The notes beneath the pieces were generated by a model that ran no database searches, was not told the DNA's origin, and was given only the letters and a program-made list of their open reading frames with translations. DNA of 38,785 nt from Catajapyx aquilonaris. Lineage: Eukaryota. Numbering within the stretch: position 1 is the stretch's first letter; the number at the start of each line of letters is the position of its first letter. Below, one piece after another: positions 23,078-35,090 of the stretch. A program made the translations under genes and the position numbers. The stretch spans positions 1-38,785 of the forward strand of contig JYFJ02003683.1 in NCBI GenBank assembly GCA_000934665.2, written 5' to 3'.

Positions 23078-24846
23078 ATCCCCGTCTCCGGAAGGGGGGG
23101 AAAAAAAGGTCACCGTTTGAAAGACCGCTGTCCGGAGCCGACCGTCACACAGGGAAAGACTTGACCAAGTGATGGAGAAGGCCGGCCATTGCGGCCTCTT
23201 GAAAGTTGTGGTTGCAGCACCGGAAGGATGCAAAAAAGTTTTTTCTTCTTCTTTCAAATGTTCCCGCACGCACAGCACGCGCTCACGCACTGGCGTCACG
23301 CCAGGTGGTGCTCAAAACGACATAGACACGCGTGACTAGGCCTGGAGACTCGGATGGTGTGATCTGAGGCCATGGTACTTTAAATCCTGAGAGATGTTTC
23401 TCGTTTGCCTTTTCCAGAAGGGCTTTGGCGCAACACACACTCAGGTCGCCCACACACACACACACGATTTGATATTGATTGCTGGAGATCCCAGTACGGC
23501 TGCGTCGGTTTTGGTCAGGTGACCTAGTCGTCTGGTCTGCACGTGCTACTAGTCACGATGGGAAGGCGCGAGATCATGATGAAACGAATCCAGAGCGTGG
23601 TTTCATCAACATGTGCAGCTCCTTATTATTCGTCAGAAAATGTCATTGAGAGAGTGCATATCGTGACCTGATGACCCTTTTAAATTTTTAGGCTTATACA
23701 GACGAATGGGGCCATTTCATAATGACTGTAGTGTCAAGAAAGGAGAAATCTACAAGCCAATTGTAGCATAGCAAGTACGAATTGCGGATATTGAATAGCG
23801 CTGCTCATAATATGCATAGTTCATCAATATATCGGATCAGGCACTGTACAGTAAAACTGTACCGAAAATGGGTCGCCAAACAGTATACATGGCATTTGGC
23901 ACGTATCGAATGGCCCGGTCCTACTAATTCCGTTAAAAAAAAGAGTTGGTCACATTAATCTGGATTAATGTTTATGGACCATCATTACAAGGCTAATTAG
24001 CATTCAGATGTTTGGTTTGTCCGGGTGGGGGGGGAAACCCCACAATTTTTTCTTTCTTAACCTTGTGTCTCTGTCAGTGCCATTCAAGATCGCATGGCAA
24101 ATATTTGCTTCCCAAGGATACCGCCACGCAACATTTCTGGAAAAACTGAATGAAACACGTGATACTGGCGTGCATACCTCAAGGAGCTGTCGATACACAT
24201 AAAATTTCTAAGAAGAAATAAAATAAAATAAAGGCGGGCGCCAGATGAATATATTGAACACACATCTGGTTCCAAACTGGTCTCGACAAGTACATCATAA
24301 TTACAGTGTCAAGCCAAAGGTGTGGTGACCTTCGGACAAGTACGAAGACACACTCACAATGGATGAGGGCGGGCGGGGGGGAAACAAAGAGCAAACAGAT
24401 AGTAGGAATGACCGCCATTATTTGCATTGCAAATGATGGCTTGCCAGTCCTTGAACTTGGACTGGTAATGAGGCAGCTCACATGTACACGTGTATCATTA
24501 TTAACCTAATTTTCCCGCACTTCCTTGTGCCACTTGCATTTTTACCTGGGAATTGATTTATCACTGCCAAGCTTACGAAACGTTTTAGGTTTTTTTATTG
24601 TATTTTTTTACAGCGCAATAAACCTGCAGAGTGTTGTGTTCATTAAAAAGTGTGACTCATCACATGCATGGGATTGCACCTTGCCTGTAGAACTCATTAA
24701 GCTTATCTGGCCAATTATGTGAAATATTTCCCTTGAATTTTGTGTGTAAGTAAAACACGGATCAATAAAACGGGAAAGTAGGTCAAAACTGAACAAAAAT
24801 ATTGCAGTACGGTACCGTATAATCAAATTAGTAAAATGAAAAATTA

Positions 24847-25272
24847 TACGTCATTATGGCTATATCTTAGTTTAATTACTTTTGCTTATTTCATTGCACT
24901 GTTGTTACATCATGTACTTGTTTGTATTTATACTAGGGGCAAGATAACTCATGCGTTTGGGGAGGTGGCTTGTGACCTTGGCAACCAAATAATTAACCCC
25001 GCCTCGTACTGGTCGACCAATCAGGATTCGATTTCAAAGGAGGTGGGCGTTATGTTCTAAAGCCTCAAGAATGAGATGAGTTTGTTTACACTAACGCAAT
25101 TGGTAACCAAAAAAAAACTCAGCAGGGGGCGGGGCTAATTATGGTTGCCAAGGTCACAAGCCACCTCCCCAAACGCATGAGTTATCTTGCTCCTGGTATA
25201 AATACAATTGTAACAACAATGCAATGCAATAAGCAAAAGTAATTAAACAAAGATATTAGCTATAATGACGTA
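24847..25272. mobile_element. Fold-back MITE, ~426 nt, with ~150-bp inverted arms
   Basis: 24847-~25005 is the reverse complement of ~25125-25272. An example is GCAAGATAACTCATGCGTTTGGGGAGGTGGCTTGTGACCTTGGCAACCA and its exact complement. The ends read TA-CGTCATTAT...ATAATGACG-TA, a possible TA TSD. Confidence 0.9.
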
Positions 25273-26040
25273 ACTGAGCCAGGTACTATACGTGAATCTA
25301 ATGTTCGTTTAACTATTAATGAAACATTAAAACTGTTACGTAATTTGCACTGTAGTTTACATGTTTTTATTATATGACGATTAATTCCAAGTTGCATATA
25401 GAAATGACCAAAAAAATAAGTAGTAGGAATTAAGATAAGAAAAAGTTGCAACTTTTCCTGAAGGTTAGGTGGGTTGACTTTTTTTTTTGCACAAGTGATC
25501 CTTTTCGCATAAAATTATTTCCCTTGTCATACTGTAACTTTTTTTGGGGACAGTGGGCCTCCGATCGAGGTTTGCAGCATCCCAGAGTTAAAGGTCAGGC
25601 TGTGGCTCAACCGGGGTCTATTTTCGAACCGTGTCCTTTGGGAACACCACGGTTCGAAGACCAACCGACGTCATCGGTACAGCTACCACTGGATCCAACA
25701 CAATGCAGCCAGACGCACTAAAAATGACGCCGAGCATTATTTACATTATGTATGAAATTCAGAGTAGGCATGATGCAGTGCATTGATTCAATCTCATTAA
25801 ATGTTGAGAGCCAGACGGTTGCTTATTATTAATACGTCTCCATGACAGGTCACGCTCCAACAGCTATTTTGGACGTCGGCGGTTCCTTTTTGGCCTTTCC
25901 CTGCCCAATTTTTGCGTCACACTCACCCCCTAGGCAAATTACCCGCCGATCGTTAAAAGAGGAGCGCACTTTTGTTCGAGGGCCACTTCATACAGGGTGG
26001 TACAAACACCAAGGTGAAGAAGGCACGAATTGTTCACACT

Positions 26041-26560
26041 GCGGCTCTTGAGTTGGCAATTATTGCCAACTCAAAGAGCCGAGGCAACTAAGGCCATTGA
26101 GGTTTTGTCTTTTGATTTTTAACGACCTCCCCCTCTTCGAGGGAGAGGTTCACTGGGACGGATTACATCCTGAACCTGGTACTGCAATGGCAATACCAAG
26201 TCAACCGTTCAATCCATTAAATAAATAGCCTTAATAAATAAATAAATAAATATTTACAAAATGTACAAACTGGAATAAGAGCTATTTACAAATGTACAAA
26301 CGAGCTAATGTTGGAGACAATTTTGGGGTGTACTACCTCTTGTTTTAGGACCTGCTCGCGTACATCACTATTGCACTTGTCGCGCCATATAATTTTCTGC
26401 ACATTATATTTTGGGATAATAAATATTGAACCGGGCATAGCATGCTATTTGGGTTGACACTAATATCAAATATTCTCGATATCTGTTATTGTGTAGTTAC
26501 AATAATAGTTTCAACCTGAATATCGGATTTGGGCAAGTCGCGCCCTCTATCGGCCGTGAG
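26041..26560 (+). mobile_element. Dispersed ~520-nt repeat, copy A (hairpin-rich, non-autonomous)
   Basis: Closely similar along its whole length to 32508-33037. It begins with the palindrome CGGCTCTTGAGTTGGCAAT-T-ATTGCCAACTCAAAGAGCCG. Confidence 0.9.
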
Positions 26561-27239
26561 TGTACATGTCAGGGGGTCAGAATCCATGTGTCGATGTGAC
26601 TTGAACCCGGACTGTCGGCCATCTACTACGCCCACATGACATGATAGCAACGTAAATAAATTGAATTAATTTTGCGATTATTATTGCTTCTCTCTGCAGT
26701 GATTTCTGGAGTAGAACAATATCCATAGCCAACTCTTGGAATTGGGGGGGAGTGTCCTGGGCAGTGCTCCACCCTGTGTAATAAATGTGGGACTGGGCTA
26801 TGTTTCAGATCGCAATCGGTGCATGCCCATTAATGAGGGTGTAACGGCGGACAATGGCGGGTATAAACAAGCCATAAATGCCACGCCGGGGTGGGTCCGG
26901 AAATAATTTGCTACCCAAAAACCGTATTTTAACATCAGGAAATTTTTGAAACCGCGCTGTGGTCCGGAATCGCCAAAATATAATATGCACGACACAAGCT
27001 TCTAGTATCCTTAAGGTAGATGTCCGTTCAATCCAGTCCCAAGCCGAAGCTGTAGTTGGACCAAATCCCACTAGATGCCAGCTCCTCATTTGCTTGGGGG
27101 AAAATCCAACAGGGCTTATAGTAGAGAAGAGACTGGTTTTATCTTATTCACGGTCAAAGGAAGCAAACAGAGGGAAGAGATAAGCTAATTACAATATGGC
27201 CGCATAAGAATGAAGTCATTTTACTTTTGGAACGGGGAG

Positions 27240-27540
27240 GGTTAAATACCATTACGGTAAAGTTTGCAGCCAGCTTTCAGGGACAAGTGAAATACTGAGA
27301 GGGGAAGGTCTTGTAATGGGATGAAGGAATGTAAATAAGGTCTTGCAAGATTAGCTCCATCAGCGTAATTTAGGGAACGCGGGGAGGATTGCATGACTTC
27401 ATGGGAATGTTGCAGAGGGGGCTGAAGAAGGAACAAGAAGAAGAAGAACGAAGTAAGGAAACTTTGCCTCTGGAATTTGTGAGAAAGTTTAGGAGCAGAG
27501 GAGAAAAGGCATTCGGGCGTGCTTTAAAGTGGAGCTAGAA
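27240..27540 (-). mobile_element. Possible decayed 3' end of a CR1/L2-type LINE ORF2
   Basis: The minus-strand translation ...ARPYLHSFIPLQDLPLSVF resembles, from memory, the YLHSFIP...LPxSVF tail of CR1/L2 ORF2 proteins. It is heavily degenerate and has no intact RT. Confidence 0.3.
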
Positions 27541-27596
27541 ACTCGAGAAAACTGGGCACCTTTGTTGTAATGCCATTGTTAAAACGTGCTACTATA

Positions 27597-27850
27597 AGAT
27601 TATTATCATAAATTTGTTGGAGCGAAAACCGCGGAAATATGCGAAGCAATAAATATGCAAAATTCCTTGCCAGAAGTGGCTCAGGTTCCATCCTTCAGGG
27701 TCAGGAGTTCGAGACCCGGATCGTGCACAGTTTTATGCCACTGGTTGAGTTTACAGTTTACAGATGATATATTCTACAGATTATTAGCATAAATTTGTTG
27801 CGGCGAAAACCGCAGAAATATGAACTTCGATCCCCGGATTTGGCACAAAA
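27597..27850 (+). repeat. ~180-nt-spaced direct duplication with degenerate tRNA-SINE-like head
   Basis: AGATTATTA(T/G)CATAAATTTGTTG..GCGAAAACCGC(G/A)GAAATATG occurs at ~27597 and ~27777. A-box-like TGGCTCAGGTT and B-box-like GTTCGAGACC lie at ~27677-27716. There is no tRNA cloverleaf. Confidence 0.45.
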
Positions 27851-30229
27851 TCTTTTCTTGTTAATGTGTTTTTATTTGTGATGCTGACGTTTTATTTAAT
27901 TTTTAATAAAACAGTAAACAGTTGCATACCGCCATGGTGTATGTGCGTCTGAAACATTTTTAGGCATACCTTTGGAGGGTGTCTGACCAAATGTGACCGT
28001 GAGTGATATAGGGGAGATGAACGATATTAACATAAGGCATTACTCCGGGAAGTGTCCTTTTTTTTAGCCATCCGCGGATCTTCCATATCTCCCAGAGCCA
28101 CTCCGGATTTTCCACGCACAAATGTGAAGCAGATGGGCGATAGATACTTCTTGACGACAAAAGTCCAGTTTCAAAAAAAAGCGACTTTTTAAAAATATCC
28201 AGTTTCCATCGGAATTGTCCTCATCAAAACAGTATCACTTTCCTGCCAGGCCTGCCTTTTTTTTCATTTGTCTCGTTTTGCGGCGCTTGGTTTATTACAA
28301 TGAATAAAGAGCTCTGGGTAATAAGTATGATTGAGAACAGGAGGTCGATGACACGGTATTAAGTCTAGGTCGGTGCTGTGGGATATAGAGCTGGGGATAT
28401 GACGGGGGTGGGTGGGATGGGGTGTGGGGGGACGAGGTTTATGAGATGTGCGGTCATCCATCGCGTCTTCATGGCGCATTTCGGCGCACCTGCCACGTCC
28501 CCACGCCGCGATTCCAATTCCACGCCCAGACGGCTTACCAGATTCTAGACACCCCTACCCTCCATCTCTCTCTCTCTGTCACACACACCAGATACACACC
28601 GCCATGGAAACCGTGCCGGACACACAGGGTGTCAAGCTGGTCGCTGGACCAATATGTGCCTATATGTGGTACTACGTGGACAGTCTTTCCAAAGTGTCTA
28701 TACTAGTACAGTGTTGGACATAAATCGAGACATACTGCTAGGGACATTTTCCCGAAGCGGCAGAAGAAGGAATCTTGCTCGCCCGGCTTGAAGTATCCTT
28801 ATCTTCGATTCCTTCTTCTGCCGCTTCGGAAAAATGTCGCTAGCAGTATGCCTCGATTAATGTCCAACACTGTACTTGTAGATTGGATGGGCGTATGTGG
28901 CGAAGGGTGTGTAAATTCTCTTGGGGACGGTATATGAGGTGGGGGGATTGAGAGGCCCCAAAGCCGCTTAATCGTGTGTCTTGGGCGACGGATTGCCGCA
29001 GCCCCCACAAGCTCTTTTCGATAGACTCAACCGAAACACACGCCGTGATTGGAAAACAATTCCCCTCCAATCATTTGTTTCTCCCGGATTTACAGGCCCG
29101 GATTTCCCGACCGGTCCGACGGGAAAAGAAACAAAACATCAGCTCGATCCAGCACTTCGAGCCTTATATCTATACACACACTGTTCCGGGGGTTCTATTC
29201 TAAAGGGTGTGAATTACTAATAATTCCGATCCGGATTACTGAAGATCATATGCAGGGTGTGTCATAATGATTGTGGAAAACTCTCAGAATCCGTAGCAGG
29301 GAACCAGTTCTTCGCACGGTCATAAAATGGGTACGAAATGGTTGGACAAACAAACAACATTTGCCTTTTATATGCATACATGTCATTTGATGACCGAAGG
29401 CTCGTTGCTATAACAAATTATTTTACATGTGTCGACCGATACTTCAATCTCTTACCGACTGGGGGTTCATAATTTCACTTTAAATTGATTGGTAGCATAT
29501 ACTCTTAATAAACTAATATTAATTTACATCAGGGCTTGTCCCCCTAATTGAATGGATCGTATATACCACTAATTTTAGCAAAAAATCTGTGGCCGAGTAA
29601 TGAATTTCCGTCCACTTCCGGGCTCCATCAAACCGGAAGGAACCGATCCTCCCGATCGCATGGATAGTAATTATTGACATCACAAACAACCCCCCAGCAT
29701 CCTGACCGGGGCCCAACAGACTTATGTGATGGGGGTGGGGGTGGGGGGGGGGATGTGGCCCTCCCCTCACACACAGAGCTAATTATATTTTGCTAATAGC
29801 ATCTATCCAGCTGCTTTTTGAGCCCCTCTCCATATAGTAAACAGGGATAACCTGAACCAGCAGAGGGGGTGGTTATCATCAGGCGGGATTATGCCCTCAA
29901 ATCATCGAATATGCTGTTATTTAGCACCCAACCAATGTGCACATCCCCTTGCAACAAAATCTCTAATCGTCGCTCTTGCCAACATGTATGAAACTATACT
30001 TTTAAAATTATTTTTAAATATGAAAAGATTATTATTTAACCAATTTTATAATAATTATAATATTTAATAATTATTATATAATAAATTTATTGTCAATATG
30101 GTTTATTAGTATATCCAGATAATCCTGTTATTATTAAAATACGAGTTAAAGTAACTATTATTATTAACATGATTTATTGGCATAACGATAAGTTATGAAA
30201 ATAGCGGTTATTACGGAAATACAAATTAT

Positions 30230-30470
30230 TATGAAAATAACAGTTATTAAATAACATGTTTTATGAAAATAACAGTTATTCAATAACGAATATTATTATA
30301 ATGAAAATAACAGTTATTCAATAACGAATATTATTATAATGAAAATAACAGTTATTCAATAACGAATATTATTATAATGAAAATAACAGTTATTCAATAA
30401 CGAATATTATTATAATGAAAATAACAGTTATTCAGTAACGAATATTATTATAATGAAAATAACAGTTATT
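30230..30470. repeat. 38-nt minisatellite, ~6 copies
   Basis: ATGAAAATAACAGTTATTCAATAACGAATATTATTATA starts at 30301, 30339, 30377 and onward. Confidence 0.93.
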
Positions 30471-32432
30471 ATTGAGAAGATATATAGTACCGGTAGTATA
30501 TTATTTTTGTGTAAAAATTATGTTGGCGTACCGTGGTGACCTGTGTGTGACTTTTTAAAGGCCCCCCTTTTTTTTCCTTTCAGAGAAAGAGAGGGGACCA
30601 GCTAGTGATGGGCCTAAAGTGATTGCGGATCGGACGGGAAAGAGGCGTTCCCATAACCCAATCAGGGCTGAGCAGAATGGCCAACCTGCCAGCCTGATGA
30701 GCTCTAATGCTCAAGACGTTGTCGGTCGGTCGGTGAGTGTAAGAAAAGTGGGGGACAGCCGGACAGGAAAAAAAAAAGTGTGGTGACCTGTTTTTATATA
30801 CGGTATATATAAAAAAAAGGAAGTCTTTTTCCCTCCCCTCAAAAAAGTGTAACACCTTCAGAATTCATTCAAAGTCAAACCCCCCACCGTCTCAAATGGA
30901 AATAAGCCTCTTTTCAGTAAGTGGCTGGCATCAACTGGGTTCTTCGGGAAAGAGAAAATTTCTGCAGAAAGAAGTAAAAAGATGAGAACTCGAGTCGGTT
31001 GGGGAGGGGGGGGGGGGNCACATGGCAAGGAAACCTCCCACACATTTTCCTGTGAAGTTCTGCTGCGAAGACCTTTCTGCATTTCCTGAGGGCTCTTCCA
31101 TATCTGAACGTAAGGTTACAAAAAAAAAAAAGTGCTCGGTAATTTCCATTTTTTTTTCTTCCTCCATCGCCATTGTGAGACGTACCTTTGGTGGCTTGAG
31201 CTTGGAAGCGAAAAATTTTTCAGGGGTGCCGTGAGTGGCAAATTCAATGATGGACGGGGTCGATCGGACAGTTTGGCTCTCTCCTCTTGGCCCACCTCCC
31301 CCCCAATCGGTCGGAATCAAATCAGCTGGCCCCTGAGCAGCGTCAAATTGGACGCAGAAAGGAGAGCTTGGCTCAAATGGACAAGTGATGGACTCGTTTC
31401 TCTCGGGGACCAGCCCCCGTGATTGAATCGGGACCTGCCTGACTTTCCATTGGGCGTCCAGCTAGTGAGCTTGGTCTCCCGACTGTCCATGTAGTACTGT
31501 ACCACTAGCACAGATGGCGTGATCGCTCGTGACACCCCAGCCTTATGGAGGCCCCCGTGCCCTTATCAGTTGTAGGGAGGAGGGTTGCCGCTTCGGCGCT
31601 GCTGTAGTGCTCACCAGCTACACCAGCGCCGAAGCGGCAACCCATGCAATAAGAGTGGGAGTTTCCAGGCCTAGCTCGTACACAGTCTTTATAAGAAAAA
31701 GGGGCGCCAACTCTTCCAAAAAAAACCTACATAAGGTGGTCTTGAAGCGGCTTTTCCTCCACCCCGGATTTTCAAGCCGTCCGGGTAATCCCCCTCCCAC
31801 CTAATCTACAATATGCAATTGGCTCGTCAGCAGTTTGAGTCCCGCGCCGCCGCCGCCATCGAACCGTCTGATTGCGGGTCTATAAAACCCCCCTTACCCT
31901 CTCTACCCCTCTCTCTTTTTTTTCAAAAAAAANCCCCTCCACTCTCACTTTGCATCGTAACCGCCAGCTCTTCCCAACTAGACAATTTCGGGACAAACTG
32001 GTCGGGAAATAATATCTTCCGATATGGCGGAGTAATTTTATTGGGGCTGAAAGTTGGGCTTATCTGTGGGCTCCATTCGGAGATGACGTGCTGGTGTGTG
32101 GTGGAGGGGAGGGGTTGGAGAGAGAAGAGGGGTGGGGGGGTCTGGCCCATTCGACGCCTGCCCCGGACTCTCAATATGGCCCGTATCGGCCCCCCGGATC
32201 CGTATACCGTCTGCTGCCAGAAACTCCACTGATAGTTTCAGATTTGGGGAAAACCCAAAGTTTCTAGTAGAGTACTTATCGAGAAGTCATACATTGGACC
32301 GAAGGGTGCGGATGATGGGGCCAGATTTTTATGACGTCACGGAAGTGGAGGGGGGGGGGGGGNGAGGGGGGGGGGGAGTGGAATTCAATATGCAAAATCG
32401 ACATTTTTTGGTTGGATATGTGGGCAGAACTG

Positions 32433-32517
32433 CAGTGCCGCAAAAAAATCCGCAACGCAATGTTATTCGCACGAACTTTCATGCGAATAACATTGCGGAA
32501 AATTTTTGCGGCTCTGA
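32433..32517. repeat. Imperfect ~35-bp-arm palindrome overlapping the start of dispersed repeat copy B
   Basis: CAGTGCCGCAAAAAAATCCGCAACGCAATGTTATTCGCA pairs with TGCGAATAACATTGCGGAAAATTTTTGCGGCTCTG. Confidence 0.75.
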
Positions 32518-33037
32518 GTTGGCAATTATTGCCAACTCAAAGAGCCGAGGCAACTAAGGCCATTGAGGTTTGTCTTTTGATTTTTAATGACCTCTCCCTC
32601 TTCGAGAGAGAGGTTCACTGGGACGGATTACATCCTGACCCTGGCACTGCCGTACTGCAATAGCAATACCAGGTCAACCGCTCAACCCATTAAATAAATA
32701 GCCTTAATTAATAATAAATAAATTATATTTACAAAATGTACAAACTGGAATAAGAGCTATTTACAAATGTACAAACGAGCTAATGTTGGATCCAATTTTG
32801 GGGTGTACTACCCGTTGTTTTAGGACCTGCTCGCGTACATCACTATCACAATTATTGCTGTCTATTAATTTCTGCACATTATATTTTGGGATAATAAATA
32901 TTGAACCGAGCACAGCATGCCATTAGGGTTGATACTAATATAAAGTATTCTCGATATCTGTTATTGTGTAGTTACAATAATAGGTTCAACCTGAACATCG
33001 GATTTGGGCAGCAAGTCGCGCCCTCTATCCCGTGAAT
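32508..33037 (+). mobile_element. Dispersed ~520-nt repeat, copy B
   Basis: Direct, high-identity copy of 26041-26560. Confidence 0.9.
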
Positions 33038-33425
33038 GGGGTCCTACAGTATAATATAGGGTAGAATAAGATAATATTTGCGGATAAATAGGTTTTGCAG
33101 GGTTCATATAGAGAGGACTAAGACATGGGTGAAATTTGAACTCTTTCAGTCATTTCCTTCAACCCAAAGGCGCGAACTTTATGAACGCCCCTCGTATAAT
33201 TATAATGCAACAGTACGCGTCCGGCGCAAATTTTTAATATTTCGCAGTTTCTGAGATTATTTTCCCTCCGACCATCCCTCCCTCCATCAAACCAGTATTG
33301 TTCGGAAATTCTATTACAAATCACAAAAATGACAAGCACTGTAACTCTCTATAAGAAATACATGGAGAAACAGCGGCAGGGCAATGCGTACGCATACGGT
33401 ACCGTAATTATGGCAAAATGCGCTG

Positions 33426-33854
33426 CAGGTTGAAAATTGAATAACTGTAATAATAAAATAACTATTATTTATGCCAGTAAGATTCCACATAGCATATTGT
33501 GCTCTATTCAAGATTTATTATCCCAAAATATAACGTGCAAAAATTAATATGATGCGACAAGTTCAATAGTGCGGTGTGCGAGGTGGACAGCTCACAACGT
33601 GTAGTTGCACACCAAGCAAGTACAAAAATACGCTTATTTGTACATTTGTAAATATTTATTTAATTGTTTATTTATTTAATTGTTTATTTATTTATTTATT
33701 TATTTTAAATGGATTGACCTGGCATTGCACTATGGCCAGCTAGTTTTAATCCGACCCAGTGAACCTCTCCCTCTAATGAGGAAGAGGTCATATAATACAA
33801 ATCAAAAGACAATCACTCAACTCGTCTCATGGCCTTAGTTGCCTCGGATCTTTG
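33426..33854 (-). mobile_element. Dispersed repeat, diverged inverted copy C
   Basis: The reverse complement matches copies A/B: GGCCTTAGTTGCCTCGGATCTTTG, CCCAGTGAACCTCTCCCTC, TTTGTACATTTGTAAATA, ATTTATTATCCCAAAATATAA and CAGGTTGAA. Confidence 0.82.
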
Positions 33855-34497
33855 GAAAATATGATATTTCTATAAAGACCAGAACTAGTTGGGATCTTCT
33901 CAGAGTTTGAGCAATTTATTCGGGGTTCTGGAGCTTAATTTTGAATAAGTAACAACCTGCCAAATTTGCGTAAAATCGGAGGATTTATAGGCCACCAGGT
34001 AATATTTTGCGTTTTTGTTTATAGAGATGGAAAAGATCCTTCCTTATTCATTTCCATATCTGTTCGCGCTGAAAACCTTGGTTTCCAGGGGCGCTGATAA
34101 GGAGAGCGGGTCGCGTTAGAATCCGCTTGTTTGCAAAAGTTTTTCCCCAAACACTCTTTGCGTCTCCTGTATTTGCCTGGCAACTAGACTTCTGCTCGTT
34201 AATGTATATGGAAAGAGAGAGTGAGAAGAAAAAAAATCTTGCTGCTCCCCAAACTCGCAAAACTTTTCCTGGATTTCAATATGATTACTCCGCGTTCGGC
34301 AAAATCTGCCCCCGCTTCGATCCCTGCTTTTGGAAATAACCTCTTCTCCAAACCTTATAGAAATCGATTAGTAATCTGGCCACCCAATTTTATCCCACAT
34401 ATTGCACCATCCTATATTTTTTTTTTGCCAGCAACCTAACTTTTTTTTGTACATCGTGAATTCTTCCAGGCGACGATTCGCATGTAAATGAAATCCA

Positions 34498-34500
<3 letters not shown>

Positions 34501-34551
<51 letters not shown>
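34501..34551. repeat. (CT)25 microsatellite
   Basis: Perfect dinucleotide run. Confidence 0.98.
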
Positions 34552-34554
<3 letters not shown>

Positions 34555-34729
34555 TTATTATTCAGTACTGCTGGAGTCGAGACTACAAGGTGTTCCAGTT
34601 TGTATTGTCCACATTAGGAATCAAAATGTGATTATCATGAAGTGGTCACTTTATTATCTGCATTATTATTCGTGCTTCCGTATTTGTTGACGAACTAAAA
34701 TACTGATTTGTTACCAATGTTAAATTTAT

Positions 34730-35090
34730 TACCACTAATTAATTTATTGCAATCTATTTATTACTAATCAATTTATTGCAGTATATATGTATGACTAATC
34801 AATTTATTGCAATCTATTTATTATTTATTAGTTTATTTCAATCGATTCTATAGTTATTATTTATTAGTTTATTTCAATCGATTCTATAGTTATTATTTAT
34901 TAGTTTATTTCAATCGATTCTATAGTTCTTATTTATTAGTTTATTGCAGTCGATTCTATAGTTATTATTTATTAGTTTATTTCAATCGATTCTATAGTTA
35001 TTATTTATTAATTTATTTCAATCGATTCTATAGTTATTATTTATTAATTTATTGCAATCGATTCTATAGTTATTATTAATTAATTTATTA
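34730..35090. repeat. 36-nt AT-rich minisatellite, ~8 copies plus degenerate flank
   Basis: Unit TTATTATTTATTAGTTTATTTCAATCGATTCTATAG. ORF 34807-35079 (YYLLVYFNRFYS)n is its translation. Confidence 0.93.

Noticed and set aside
23577..23671. Box C (ATGATGA) and box D (CTGA) about 95 nt apart, snoRNA-like
   Set aside because: There is no proper terminal stem and no rRNA-complementary guide I can recognise.
26570..26640. tRNA-like B-box on the minus strand (also near 22065-22083)
   Set aside because: There is no cloverleaf. These are at most decayed SINE fragments.
34456..34470. 15-nt complement to the 3' part of miR-263a (CGTGAATTCTTCCAG)
   Set aside because: The seed region does not match and there is no good precursor hairpin, so it is compatible with chance.
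34807..35079. ORF (YYLLVYFNRFYS)n
   Set aside because: It is the translation of the 36-nt minisatellite.
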